Positions 18,739 through 27,636 of a DNA stretch of 32,000 nucleotides are shown here, piece after piece (the stretch's first letter is position 1; every line of letters begins with the position of its first letter). The notes under the pieces are model-generated. The model ran no database searches, was not told the DNA's origin, and saw only the letters and a program-made list of their open reading frames with translations. The position numbers and the translations under genes are program-made. Source of the stretch: Mycobacterium leprae TN (GTDB taxonomy: Bacteria; Actinomycetota; Actinomycetes; Mycobacteriales; Mycobacteriaceae); contig NC_002677.1 of assembly GCF_000195855.1 (NCBI RefSeq), positions 1,920,001 through 1,952,000 of the forward strand. The letters are read 5' to 3'.

Positions 18739-19455
18739 TCACGACAAACCCAGCCCCCAGACAAACCGGGCCCCCGACAAATCGGGACGGCGTTTACGAG
18801 TTCTCCGGAGCGAAGCCTCTCGGCGCCAAGCGGCGATTCGAGCATGATCACCAGACAACAAAACCGGCGGAACGTCGAGACCACGCCAGGTAGGTGGGCG
18901 AGTATAGCTCGGCCCCTCCAAGAGTCGACCCAGGTCCGGCGAGTGTGAATCATCGCGGTGCGACGCAGGATTGCCGAGCACCCCAGCCACCAGGCGCAGA
19001 ACAGCCTCGATCATTACCACGGCCGCTGACTCGCCACCCGGCAACACATAGTCACCGATTGAAACCTCTTCGACTCGCATTCGTCGTACTGCATCATCAA
19101 CGACTCGCTGATCGATGCCCTCGTAGCGACCGCAGGCGAACACCAGGTGTCTCTCGGTGCTCCAGCACTGTGCGGTGGCCTGGGTGAACAGCGCACCAGC
19201 GGGGGTGGGGATCACCAACAGTGTCTCGTCGAAACAGATTTCATCTAACGCTTCCCCCCATACCGGCGCTTTCATCACCATCCCCGGACCACCACCATAG
19301 GGCACGTCGTCCACCGAGTGGTGTACATCATGGGTCCACCGCCGCAGGTCGTGCACCTGCACATCGACCAGGCCCGACTCAATCGCCTTGCCCGGCAACG
19401 ATTGCCGCAGCGGGTCTAGGTAAGCCGGGAAAATCGTGACAATATCGATTTTCAT
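18739..19455 (-). CDS. trmD: tRNA (guanine37-N1)-methyltransferase
   Basis: [62 protein letters not shown]... is canonical TrmD. The start overlaps the rimM stop by 4 nt (ATGA). Confidence 0.95.
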   Translation of the reverse strand: MKIDIVTIFPAYLDPLRQSLPGKAIESGLVDVQVHDLRRWTHDVHHSVDDVPYGGGPGMVMKAPVWGEALDEICFDETLLVIPTPAGALFTQATAQCWSTERHLVFACGRYEGIDQRVVDDAVRRMRVEEVSIGDYVLPGGESAAVVMIEAVLRLVAGVLGNPASHRDDSHSPDLGRLLEGPSYTRPPTWRGLDVPPVLLSGDHARIAAWRREASLRRTRKRRPDLSGARFVWGLGLS

Positions 19456-19991
19456 AGATCCAGCAGGCCCTTGGGCGGGTCGATTTCGACTATGCCGTCG
19501 TCTAGAGACACCAACTTGACAATCGCACCGACAAACGGCACTAGTACTTCGCCGGAATCACATCGCACCGCCAACAACTCACCGGCCGCAGTGTGAAGCA
19601 CCTCAGCAACGACACCAACGTCTCGTCCCATCATGGTACGAACCTGCAGACCTTCGAGCTGGTGGTCGTAATAAGTATCCGGCTCATCGATCGGCGGCAA
19701 GTCGAGGGAATCGATGACGAACAAACTGCCCCGCAACGCGTCGGCGGCGTCACGGTCACTCACTCCGGCCAATCGCACAAGAAGCCGCGCACCGTGCTCA
19801 CGCGCATAGACGACGGTGTATCTTCGTTCTGGGCCACCACGTGGAAAATCCTTGGCGCGCAATATATTACCCGGACAGAACCGGGAAGCTGGATCGTCGG
19901 TACGAATCTCAACGACCACTTCCCCACCGATACCGTGCGCTTTCACCACCCGCCCGATTGTCAACTCCAACAAAGCACCATGAGCATGCAC
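19452..19991 (-). CDS. rimM: 16S rRNA processing protein RimM
   Basis: Readable sequence is [29 protein letters not shown]...[28 protein letters not shown] (RimM plus PRC barrel). The start is either the GTG at 19991 or the TTG at 19970 (giving MELTIGR...). Confidence 0.9.
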   Translation of the reverse strand: MHAHGALLELTIGRVVKAHGIGGEVVVEIRTDDPASRFCPGNILRAKDFPRGGPERRYTVVYAREHGARLLVRLAGVSDRDAADALRGSLFVIDSLDLPPIDEPDTYYDHQLEGLQVRTMMGRDVGVVAEVLHTAAGELLAVRCDSGEVLVPFVGAIVKLVSLDDGIVEIDPPKGLLDL

Positions 19992-19995
19992 TCAG

Positions 19996-20238
19996 CTACT
20001 GGTCGGTGTCTACCACATCGACGCGGATACCGCGGCCACCGATGCCGGCGACCAACTTGCGCAACGCGGTTGCAGTACGTCCTCCACGACCGATCACCTT
20101 ACCCAGATCGTCGGGATGAACATGCACTTCGACAGTGCGCCCACGCCGACTGATGACCAGGTCCACCCGGACATCGTCCGGATTATCGACAATCCCGCGG
20201 ACCACATGCTCGACAGCGTCAACGACGACCGTACTCAT
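19996..20238 (-). CDS. KH-domain RNA-binding protein (Rv2908c-like)
   Basis: An 80-aa ORF, MSTVVVDAVEHVVRGIVDNPDDVRVDLVISRRGRTVEVHVHPDDLGKVIGRGGRTATALRKLV..., containing the KH GxxG loop (IGRGGRT). It sits in the conserved position between rpsP and rimM. Confidence 0.9.
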   Translation of the reverse strand: MSTVVVDAVEHVVRGIVDNPDDVRVDLVISRRGRTVEVHVHPDDLGKVIGRGGRTATALRKLVAGIGGRGIRVDVVDTDQ

Positions 20239-20262
20239 TGCATTTAGTCAGCTTTCGCTCGT

Positions 20263-20745
20263 TTACTCGGACTGCTCGTCGCCCTCGGCCAGCGCATACG
20301 CTTTCGTGGCTTTGGCGCCCTCAGCGTCGGATTCTACAGCCTTAGCGGCTTTCTTAGCCGAAACCTTCTTCTTCGGCCGTGTGGCCTCGGTGGTGGGACC
20401 GCCGTCGGCGACAGCTAACGCGGCGTTGAACAACTCCAGCTTGCTGGGCTTGGGTGGGGCGACCTTCAGCCGGCCCTCGGCACCGGGCAGGCCTTTGAAC
20501 TTTTGCCAATCGCCTGTGATCTTCAGCAGCTTGAGAACAGGTTCAGTAGGCTTCGCACCCACCGAAAGCCAATACTGAGTGCGCTCAGAGTTGATGTCGA
20601 TCAGGCTTGGCTCTTCTTTCGGGTGATACCGACCGATGACCTCGATGGAACGACCGTCGCGCCGCGTCCGCGCGTCGGCGACGATGACACGGTACTGGGG
20701 ATTGCGGATCTTGCCAAGCCTAGTGAGCTTGATCTTTACAGCCAT
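20263..20745 (-). CDS. rpsP: 30S ribosomal protein S16 with a Lys/Ala-rich C-terminal extension
   Basis: [70 protein letters not shown]... is canonical S16, followed by a tail of about 75 aa ([26 protein letters not shown]). The ATG is at 20745, with aggag 8-12 nt upstream. The ORF-track extension to 20880 is rejected. Confidence 0.95.
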   Translation of the reverse strand: MAVKIKLTRLGKIRNPQYRVIVADARTRRDGRSIEVIGRYHPKEEPSLIDINSERTQYWLSVGAKPTEPVLKLLKITGDWQKFKGLPGAEGRLKVAPPKPSKLELFNAALAVADGGPTTEATRPKKKVSAKKAAKAVESDAEGAKATKAYALAEGDEQSE

Positions 20746-21359
20746 GGTTACGCGATATCTCCTGTGTCTGTCACGCTGCAATTCAGCGACCCAAGCAAAC
20801 TGCCCGATCCGGTTTTGCCTCGCGTGAGTGACCGCTGCGCAGCTAGCCCAAACCGACTCTGCTGCGCGGCAGACAGCCACCTATTGTGGCAGAACAAAGA
20901 TCTTGACGAGGAATTCGCCCGGCTGACGCCTACATTGCTTTCCTGGAAGATTTTCGTACTTTCTGGATAGAGTTTCGGTTCGACCCCGGCGGGTCGTACG
21001 CCAGCCCTCCACGGTACGCATGAGCCAGTTACTATACCACAGTCCGCAAAACAACATCTTCATTCTTGTCGCCGGGCAGCACCATAGGGTTGAAGCAGAT
21101 CACGCGCAACGACGCGGTGTCCCCTGTCGATGCGGACCGAGAAATTGTCTGGCAGATGAGCATACATCGGGAAGTTCGACAACACCCCCGAGAGTCACCG
21201 CTTGACTTTCGGGTAGCTTCCTTCGATCCCGCTCAGCGCCGTGCAGTCGATGTAAATGTCGTTGGTGAACACACCTTGTCCAGATAGTCGCATCAACGCT
21301 GGTCAATGGCGGTGGAATAGTCCAGCAACAGCTACTGGATCTCCTGAAGGTCGGATTTT

Positions 21360-22669
21360 TCAGTGAGGCGCAGCATGCATCGATTCTCGCCGCGAACGTG
21401 CGCAATTGCACACCTTTGCGCGGCGTTTCGAAGTCTGCGAGACCATTGCCAGGTCCGGCAGGGTGACCGTCGGCGGCACATCCCCCACTCCGGTAAGCCA
21501 CTGCAGGGATCCGGATCACCGACGATCACTGGCCGCACTCAATGATTTCCACGGTAATGTCCATTTCGCCCACCAGGTCGCCCCTACCGCTGCGGCCGCG
21601 ACGACAGCAGCCCGGTCATGGTCTGCGTCTGTGCTACCCCGTTTGGTCCGACGCATGGAAATCTCACTGTATTTCCTGCCGCGACTGCCATTAACCGTTC
21701 GTGAACTCCATGACGATCGAAAAACTACCGCCCGACGAGTTCGGCTACATGTGGTCGTTGTCGTCGAACTGCATTCCCACGGCGGTGCATGACACATGAC
21801 ATTGGCGTGCATGACAAGCAACCTGCCCACCAGGTATTCGATGTTCGGTGGTTGCGGATCGGGCACGTAATCAAATGTCTGCAATGTCTGCTTTGCGCGC
21901 TGGACTTCGATGCGATAGGCACCTTCGCCTGGAACAGGCAGGGTGGATGTATATGCTGGTAGGTGGTACCACGGCTGCGGCCGATAGCCTGAGCGCGGGG
22001 ATGGGTGTGCTCAACCGGTGGCGCACCGGTGAGCAGGTGAAAAGCGGTGGCAGCCAGCGCGCATTGATCAGCGGTCTCGTCGGCGTCGACACCCAATTAA
22101 CACCTCGGGAACGGCGTAGGCGACCGTGCTAACTGGGACATTGATCCCGCTGGTCCCAACGCCCCGGTGGCATCACCGAGTTGCCGGACTCTCCCCAAGT
22201 CGGCCAAGACAAGATGAAGTCGCTGTTCACCATCCCCGGGATTGGTCAGCATGATGTTGGCGGTTTTGACATCGGGATGTAGCAGTCCACACTGATGGGC
22301 GTCGGTCGAGAGCTCAGACCACAACGGTAACGATCGCGAGCACCTCACCTACCGGTGCAACAGTCAGAAATCGATCGGCAATCAGCCCGCGCAGCGTTAT
22401 CTGCCGTTGACGTAGTCCACAACGGTCCTTCGAATTCGTCGCGATCATACACTTCCAAGATATGAGAAGTATTGGCGGCAGTGTCGATCTCCTGGCGGAA
22501 TCGCCGGAGGAACCCGCCATCCGCGTACGGCACCACCGAAAAAACTTCCAATACATCCCAATGCGCCGATTGATGGTCCTGAACCAGCTAAACCTCACCC
22601 ATCACTCTGGGACCCAGCCTCCGAACGATGGTGTAACCGGCCAAGAGCGCGCCGCTGGCCAACGTCATG
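21360..22669 (-). pseudogene. pknI: Ser/Thr protein kinase PknI-like pseudogene
   Basis: The gene starts at the ATG at 22669: MTLASGALLAGYTIVRRLGPRVMGEV-stop (TAG 22589-22591). Other lesions and fragments:
- The catalytic-Lys context is lost (HWDVLEVF)
- FLRRFRQEIDTAANTSHILEVYDRDEFEGPLW
- ADRFLTVAPVGEVLAIVT
- LLHPDVKTANIML (HRD changed to HPD)
- LADLG (DFG changed to DLG)
- ADQCALAATAFHLLTGAPP
The ectodomain remnant follows: GAYRIEVQRAKQTLQTFDYVPDPQPPN, NTWWAGCLSCTPMSC, FDDNDHM-stop, VMEFTNG-stop-WQSRQEIQ-stop, GDLVGEMDITVEIIECGQ-stop-SSVIRIPAVAYRSGG. Confidence 0.85.
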
Positions 22670-22679
22670 CTGCGGGCGT

Positions 22680-23793
22680 AACCGCGATCGAGTCAGCCCA
22701 CACGCGTTCAAACGCCTGGCTAACGCCGGCCTGCCTGTGCGGCCGAAACGTCTTGCCGCGCAGTACCACCAGATCGGAGTTGCTCAACACAACATACCGG
22801 GCCCCTGTCGCGGGTCCGCGGAGTAGCACAACAGGTCAGCGGATGCCCCATGGTCTCTCTAGACCGGAACGGTCCAAACAGCATCGGGCATCCCAACATG
22901 CAGCACCTAACACCTCGGTCGGGATCATCCCGATACCTTTGAGGGCCTCAACCTCGTCGGCGATTCGGCCATAATTTGATCATGGTGCCGGCGTACAACG
23001 GCACCTCCGCATCACGCACTGCGGCCACCCAAGCACGGCGGCGCCCATAAAGGTCGCGCATGTGATGCAGTGTAACTGGGGTAACGCCTGGCCGCGGCGG
23101 CGATGCCTGAGAAATTCTCTAGGTTGATCAGCGTGGTGGCCAATGCAGTGCCGTGTTAGAGCATAAGGGTGATGGTGTCGCCGGTGAGCCCGGTGCCGTG
23201 CTCGATGCAATCGATGTTGGCGCTGATCAAACCGGGCAGCGCGTCCTCACTGAACGCATGTGCGGTGACCCGTGCGCGCTGACGTGCGCGACATCGATCG
23301 TAGCTTTGAGGACATCGTCCGACCACAACGGGGCAAGATCGCCGGTCTGGCGGTCTATCCCAGTCGCCGATGAGCTTGATCCAGCCGTCACCGAACCGAG
23401 CTTCCTCGGCCACCACCGCAGGAAGCTGCGATTCCGTCTCCTCGAGCTCAACCGCAAAGCCGACTTAATAGCGCTCCAGCCCGGATAATGCTGGGCAGAT
23501 CGGTGCGGTCATTGAGACCACAAGTCTCAGTCGGTGAGCCGCAGTCACGTAGCAGCAACACGGCCAGCATCGCATTCAGTCTCGGCTTGGACAATGACTG
23601 TATCGAGTTCGATCTCCCCGTGTTGCCCCAGGCCGACGTGACAGTGTGCATCCATCAATCCGGGCAGAATCGAACCACTATCAAAAACGTTATCCGCATG
23701 CACGACCGGCGCGGTGCTGATGCAAACATCAACGATCCACAGTTCGGTCACCGCCTCGTCGGGCAGCACCAAATCCCGCACGTGCATGCGCAC
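22680..23793 (-). pseudogene. Metal-dependent amidohydrolase (Rv2915c-like) pseudogene
   Basis: The N-terminus MRMHVRDLVLPDEAVTELWIVDV...SGSILPGLMDAHCHVGLG carries the amidohydrolase HxH metal motif context. The downstream reading frame is broken into at least 5 overlapping minus-strand ORF fragments (23545..23793, 23448..23651, 23227..23457, 23156..23416, 22980..23210). The span fits a gene of about 370 aa between pknI and ffh. Confidence 0.7.
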
Positions 23794-23800
23794 AGCGCGG

Positions 23801-25366
23801 CTACGTCTTGCCTGGGAACTTCAGTTTGGACAAGTCGAAAGCGGCCAGCCCAGGCGGCAGCTCGTTGAGACCGTCTGGCATCTGCGACAGATCCGGGAAG
23901 CTTGGCGGCATGTTCATCATGTCCGGCATTCCGGGCCTGGCAGGCCCGAAAGGACTCCTGACCTTCGGTGACGTCGGACCGCGTGCCCTTTTCTTGCCTT
24001 TGCCTCCCTTGGACTTTCGTGTGGCAGACTTGCGTCCCATACCGGGTATACCCATGCCGCCGAGCACGGAGGACATCATCTTACGGGCTTCGAAGAACCG
24101 GTCGACCAGTTGGTTGACCTCAGACACCGTCACCCCGGAGCCGTTGGCGATACGCAGTCGCCGGGACGCGTTGATGATCTTGGGGTCGGCCCGCTCCTGT
24201 GGCGTCATTCCGCGGATGATGGCCTGCAACCGGTCGAGCTGTTTGTCATCGACTTGTTCCAGTACCTCCTTCACCTGACCCGCGCCGGGTAGCATGCCCA
24301 ACAGGTTGCCGATTAGACCCATCTTGCGTACCGCAAGCATCTGCTCGAGGAAATCCTCTAGCGTCAGTTCACCGGCGACGATCTTCGCAGCGGCTGCCTC
24401 GGCCTGTTCGGCGTCAAAGACCTGCTCGGCTTGTTCGATCAAGCTCAGCACATCTCCCATGCCCAGGATGCGGCTGGCCATCCGATCAGGGTGAAAGACG
24501 TCGAAGTCGTCCAACTTCTCACCGGTGGTGGCAAAAAGGATTGGCACACCTGTCACCTCGCGGACCGACAAAGCGGCTCCACCGCGGGCGTCACCATCGA
24601 GCTTGGTCAGAACCACACCGGTGAAGCCGACTCCAGCACCGAATGCCGCAGCGGTGGTGACAGCGTCCTGGCCGATCATCGCGTCGAGGACGAACAACAC
24701 CTCGTCGGGGTTGATGGCCTCCCGGATTGCCCCGGCCTGGGCCATCAACTCGTCGTCGATGCCCAGTCGCCCGGCGGTGTCGACGATCACGACGTCGAAG
24801 TGTTTGGCCCGGGCTTCGACCAGCCCTGCCGACGCGACAGCGACCGGATCACCGGGACCTGAATCGGGCGAGGCCCCAGGATGCGGGGCGAATACCGGCA
24901 CCCCGGCACGCTCGCCGACAACTTGCAGCTGGTTGACTGCCGCCGGCCGCTGAAGGTCACAGGCCACCAGAAGCGGTGTGTGTCCTTGCCTGCGAAGGCG
25001 TACTGCCAATTTGCCAGCCAGCGTTGTCTTGCCGGATCCCTGCAGGCCGGCCAGCATCACTACCGTCGGCGGTGTCTTAGCGAACGCCAGCTGGCGGGTC
25101 TCGCCACCGAGGATGCCGATCAGTTCTTCGTTGACGATCTTGACAATCTGTTGCGCCGGGTTGAGAGCAGCAGACACTTCGGTGCCCCGAGCGCGTTCTT
25201 TGATCCGATGCACAAACGCCCGCACCACAGGTAGTGAAACGTCGGCTTCAAACAGCGCCAACCGGATTTCGCGGGTGGTGGCCTCGATATCGGCGTCGGT
25301 CAGCCGGCCTTTGCCACGCAACCCCTGTATGACGCCAGTCAACCGGTTAGAGAGCGATTCAAACAC
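23801..25366 (-). CDS. ffh: Signal recognition particle protein Ffh
   Basis: A 521-aa intact ORF: MFESLSNRLTGVIQGLRGKGRLTDADIEATTREIRLALFEADV.... The NG domain carries GLQGSGKTTLAGKLA, DTAGR and TKLDGDARGG. The M domain carries RIANGSGVTVSEVNQLVDRF and a basic, Met-rich tail. Confidence 0.97.
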   Translation of the reverse strand: MFESLSNRLTGVIQGLRGKGRLTDADIEATTREIRLALFEADVSLPVVRAFVHRIKERARGTEVSAALNPAQQIVKIVNEELIGILGGETRQLAFAKTPPTVVMLAGLQGSGKTTLAGKLAVRLRRQGHTPLLVACDLQRPAAVNQLQVVGERAGVPVFAPHPGASPDSGPGDPVAVASAGLVEARAKHFDVVIVDTAGRLGIDDELMAQAGAIREAINPDEVLFVLDAMIGQDAVTTAAAFGAGVGFTGVVLTKLDGDARGGAALSVREVTGVPILFATTGEKLDDFDVFHPDRMASRILGMGDVLSLIEQAEQVFDAEQAEAAAAKIVAGELTLEDFLEQMLAVRKMGLIGNLLGMLPGAGQVKEVLEQVDDKQLDRLQAIIRGMTPQERADPKIINASRRLRIANGSGVTVSEVNQLVDRFFEARKMMSSVLGGMGIPGMGRKSATRKSKGGKGKKRARGPTSPKVRSPFGPARPGMPDMMNMPPSFPDLSQMPDGLNELPPGLAAFDLSKLKFPGKT

Positions 25367-25504
25367 CCCACCAGCCTAGTGGTAGTACCGCGGAAGCGGG
25401 GAGCAGCGGCGCCAGTCATGTCCGAGCCAGGCGCAGCGGATCGATCATCGTCTGGGTATAACTGGTCCTGTGGATTTGCAGGTTACCTCGTCGGACGGAT
25501 TGAC

Positions 25505-27475
25505 ATGAGCGCACAAGTCGAACAGCTGGAGTTTCAGGCGGAGGCACGCCAACTTCTGGACTTGATGGTCCATTCGGTCTACTCCAATAAAGATGCATTT
25601 TTGCGGGAGCTGATCTCGAATGCCTCCGACGCGCTGGACAAGCTTCGGCTTGAAGCGTTTCGGAACAAAGACTTGGACCCACGTACAGTTGACACCTCCG
25701 ATCTGCACATCGAGATCGAAGTGGACAAAAATACACGCATTTTAACCGTCCGTGACAACGGCATAGGTATGACACGCGCGGAGGTGGTGGACTTGATCGG
25801 TACACTGGCCAAGTCAGGGACCGCCAAGCTGCGTCAGAAATTGCATGCGGCCAAAAATCTGAAAGACACCGCCGCCTCTGAAGGACTGATCGGTCAGTTC
25901 GGTATCGGTTTTTACTCGAGTTTCATGGTAGCCAACAAGGTCGAACTTCTCACCCGTAAAGCCGGTGAGACTGCGGCCACGAGATGGTCATCGGACGGTG
26001 AGGCCACCTACACCATCGAATCCGTCGACGAAGCTCCGCAGGGAACATCAGTGACGTTGCACCTCAAACCCGAAGACTTCGAGGACGAGTTGCACGACTA
26101 CACCTCGGAATGGAAGATCAGGGAGCTGGTCAAGAAGTACTCCGACTTCATCGCCTGGCCTATCCGGATGGAAGTTGAGCGACGCGCGCCGGCCACCTCG
26201 GACGGAGAAGGGGCGGATGGTGAAGAGCAAGTCACCATCGAAACCCAGACCATCAACTCAATGAAGGCGTTGTGGACTAAGTCAAAAGACGAGGTCTCAG
26301 AGGACGAATACAAGGAGTTCTACAAGCACATCGCCCACGCCTGGGATGACCCACTCGAGGTGATCGCGATGAAGGCCGAGGGCACCTTCGAGTACCAGGC
26401 GCTGCTTTTTATTCCTTCGCACGCTCCGTTCGACCTGTTTAACTCCGACGCCAAAATCGGCATGCAGCTGTATGTCAAACGCGTCTTCATCATGTCCGAC
26501 TGCGATCAGCTCATGCCGATGTACTTGCGTTTCGTCAAAGGGGTTGTAGACGCAGAGGACATGTCGCTCAATGTTTCTCGAGAAATCCTGCAACAGAATC
26601 GGCAAATCAATGCGATCCGTCGCCGGCTGACCAAGAAGGTCCTTTCAGCAATCAAAGATCTGCAGGCCGAACGACCACAGGACTACCGCACGTTCTGGAC
26701 ACAGTTCGGCAAGGTCCTCAAAGAGGGACTCATGTCGGACTCCGACAATCGAGACACACTGCTTCACATTTCCTCGTTCGCCTCGACACACAGCGACGAA
26801 GAACCCACCACCCTGGCCCAATACGTAGAACGCATGAAAGACGGCCAAGACCAAATCTTCTACGCCACAGGAGAGTCGCGTCAGCAAGTCATGAATTCGC
26901 CACATCTCGAAGCATTCAAGGCCAAGGGCTATGAGGTGCTGTTGCTGACCGACCCGGTCGACGAGGTTTGGGTAGGAATGGCACCCGAGTTCGACGGCAA
27001 GCCGTTGAAATCGGTAGCTAGGGGCGAGGTGGACCTCGAATCCGAAGAGGAAAAGACAGCGCACGAAGCTGAACGCAAGGAGCAGGAGCAGAATTTTGCT
27101 GGGCTGGTGAACTGGTTGAAAGAGACCTTGAGTGATCACGTCAAAGAGGTACGGTTATCCACACGCCTCACCGAGTCGCCAGCCTGCCTGATCACTGATG
27201 CCTTCGGTATTACGCCGGCGCTGGCGCGCATCTACCGGGCTTCCGGGCAGGACGTTCCGTTCGGAAAACGGATTTTGGAACTCAATCCAAATCATCCACT
27301 GATCACTGGCCTGCAACAGGCACACGAGAACGGCGGTGATGATACTCACCTGCGTCAACTCTCCGAAACTGCCGAATTGTTGTACGGTACCGCCCTTCTC
27401 GCTGAAGGCGGAGCACTAGAGAATCCGGCAAAGTTCGCCGGATTGCTCGCGGATCTTCTGTCCCGGTCGATGTAG
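25505..27475 (+). CDS. htpG: Chaperone HtpG (Hsp90 family)
   Basis: MSAQVEQLEFQAEARQLLDLMVHSVYSNKDAFLRELISNASDALDKLR... with GQFGIGFYSSFMVA is the canonical GHKL/Hsp90 N-domain, and the middle and C-terminal domains are full length (656 aa). The ATG is at 25505, with ggacgga 6-12 nt upstream. The in-frame ORF extension back to 25379 is rejected. Confidence 0.95.
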   Translation: MSAQVEQLEFQAEARQLLDLMVHSVYSNKDAFLRELISNASDALDKLRLEAFRNKDLDPRTVDTSDLHIEIEVDKNTRILTVRDNGIGMTRAEVVDLIGTLAKSGTAKLRQKLHAAKNLKDTAASEGLIGQFGIGFYSSFMVANKVELLTRKAGETAATRWSSDGEATYTIESVDEAPQGTSVTLHLKPEDFEDELHDYTSEWKIRELVKKYSDFIAWPIRMEVERRAPATSDGEGADGEEQVTIETQTINSMKALWTKSKDEVSEDEYKEFYKHIAHAWDDPLEVIAMKAEGTFEYQALLFIPSHAPFDLFNSDAKIGMQLYVKRVFIMSDCDQLMPMYLRFVKGVVDAEDMSLNVSREILQQNRQINAIRRRLTKKVLSAIKDLQAERPQDYRTFWTQFGKVLKEGLMSDSDNRDTLLHISSFASTHSDEEPTTLAQYVERMKDGQDQIFYATGESRQQVMNSPHLEAFKAKGYEVLLLTDPVDEVWVGMAPEFDGKPLKSVARGEVDLESEEEKTAHEAERKEQEQNFAGLVNWLKETLSDHVKEVRLSTRLTESPACLITDAFGITPALARIYRASGQDVPFGKRILELNPNHPLITGLQQAHENGGDDTHLRQLSETAELLYGTALLAEGGALENPAKFAGLLADLLSRSM

Positions 27476-27636
27476 GAAACGCCACAAAGGTCATAAGCAT
27501 GCTGAAAAATGTTGTCGTTCTATGTTTTACAGTCATCACCTGACCGCACTGGCGTGTACCACTGTATCCATCGTACTTTCTGCTGTAACAGAACTAATGT
27601 GGCATAATGCGATAGCACGCACTGAAAACATGAGAA

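Noticed and set aside
23808-25379. Long plus-strand ORFs inside ffh (for example 24978..25379 at 133 aa, 24431..24862 at 143 aa, 24525..24953 at 142 aa and 23808..24278 at 156 aa)
   Set aside because: These are antisense shadow ORFs, typical of high-GC coding DNA. They have low-complexity Ala/Arg/Pro/Ser-rich compositions and are fully contained in the strongly supported ffh gene.
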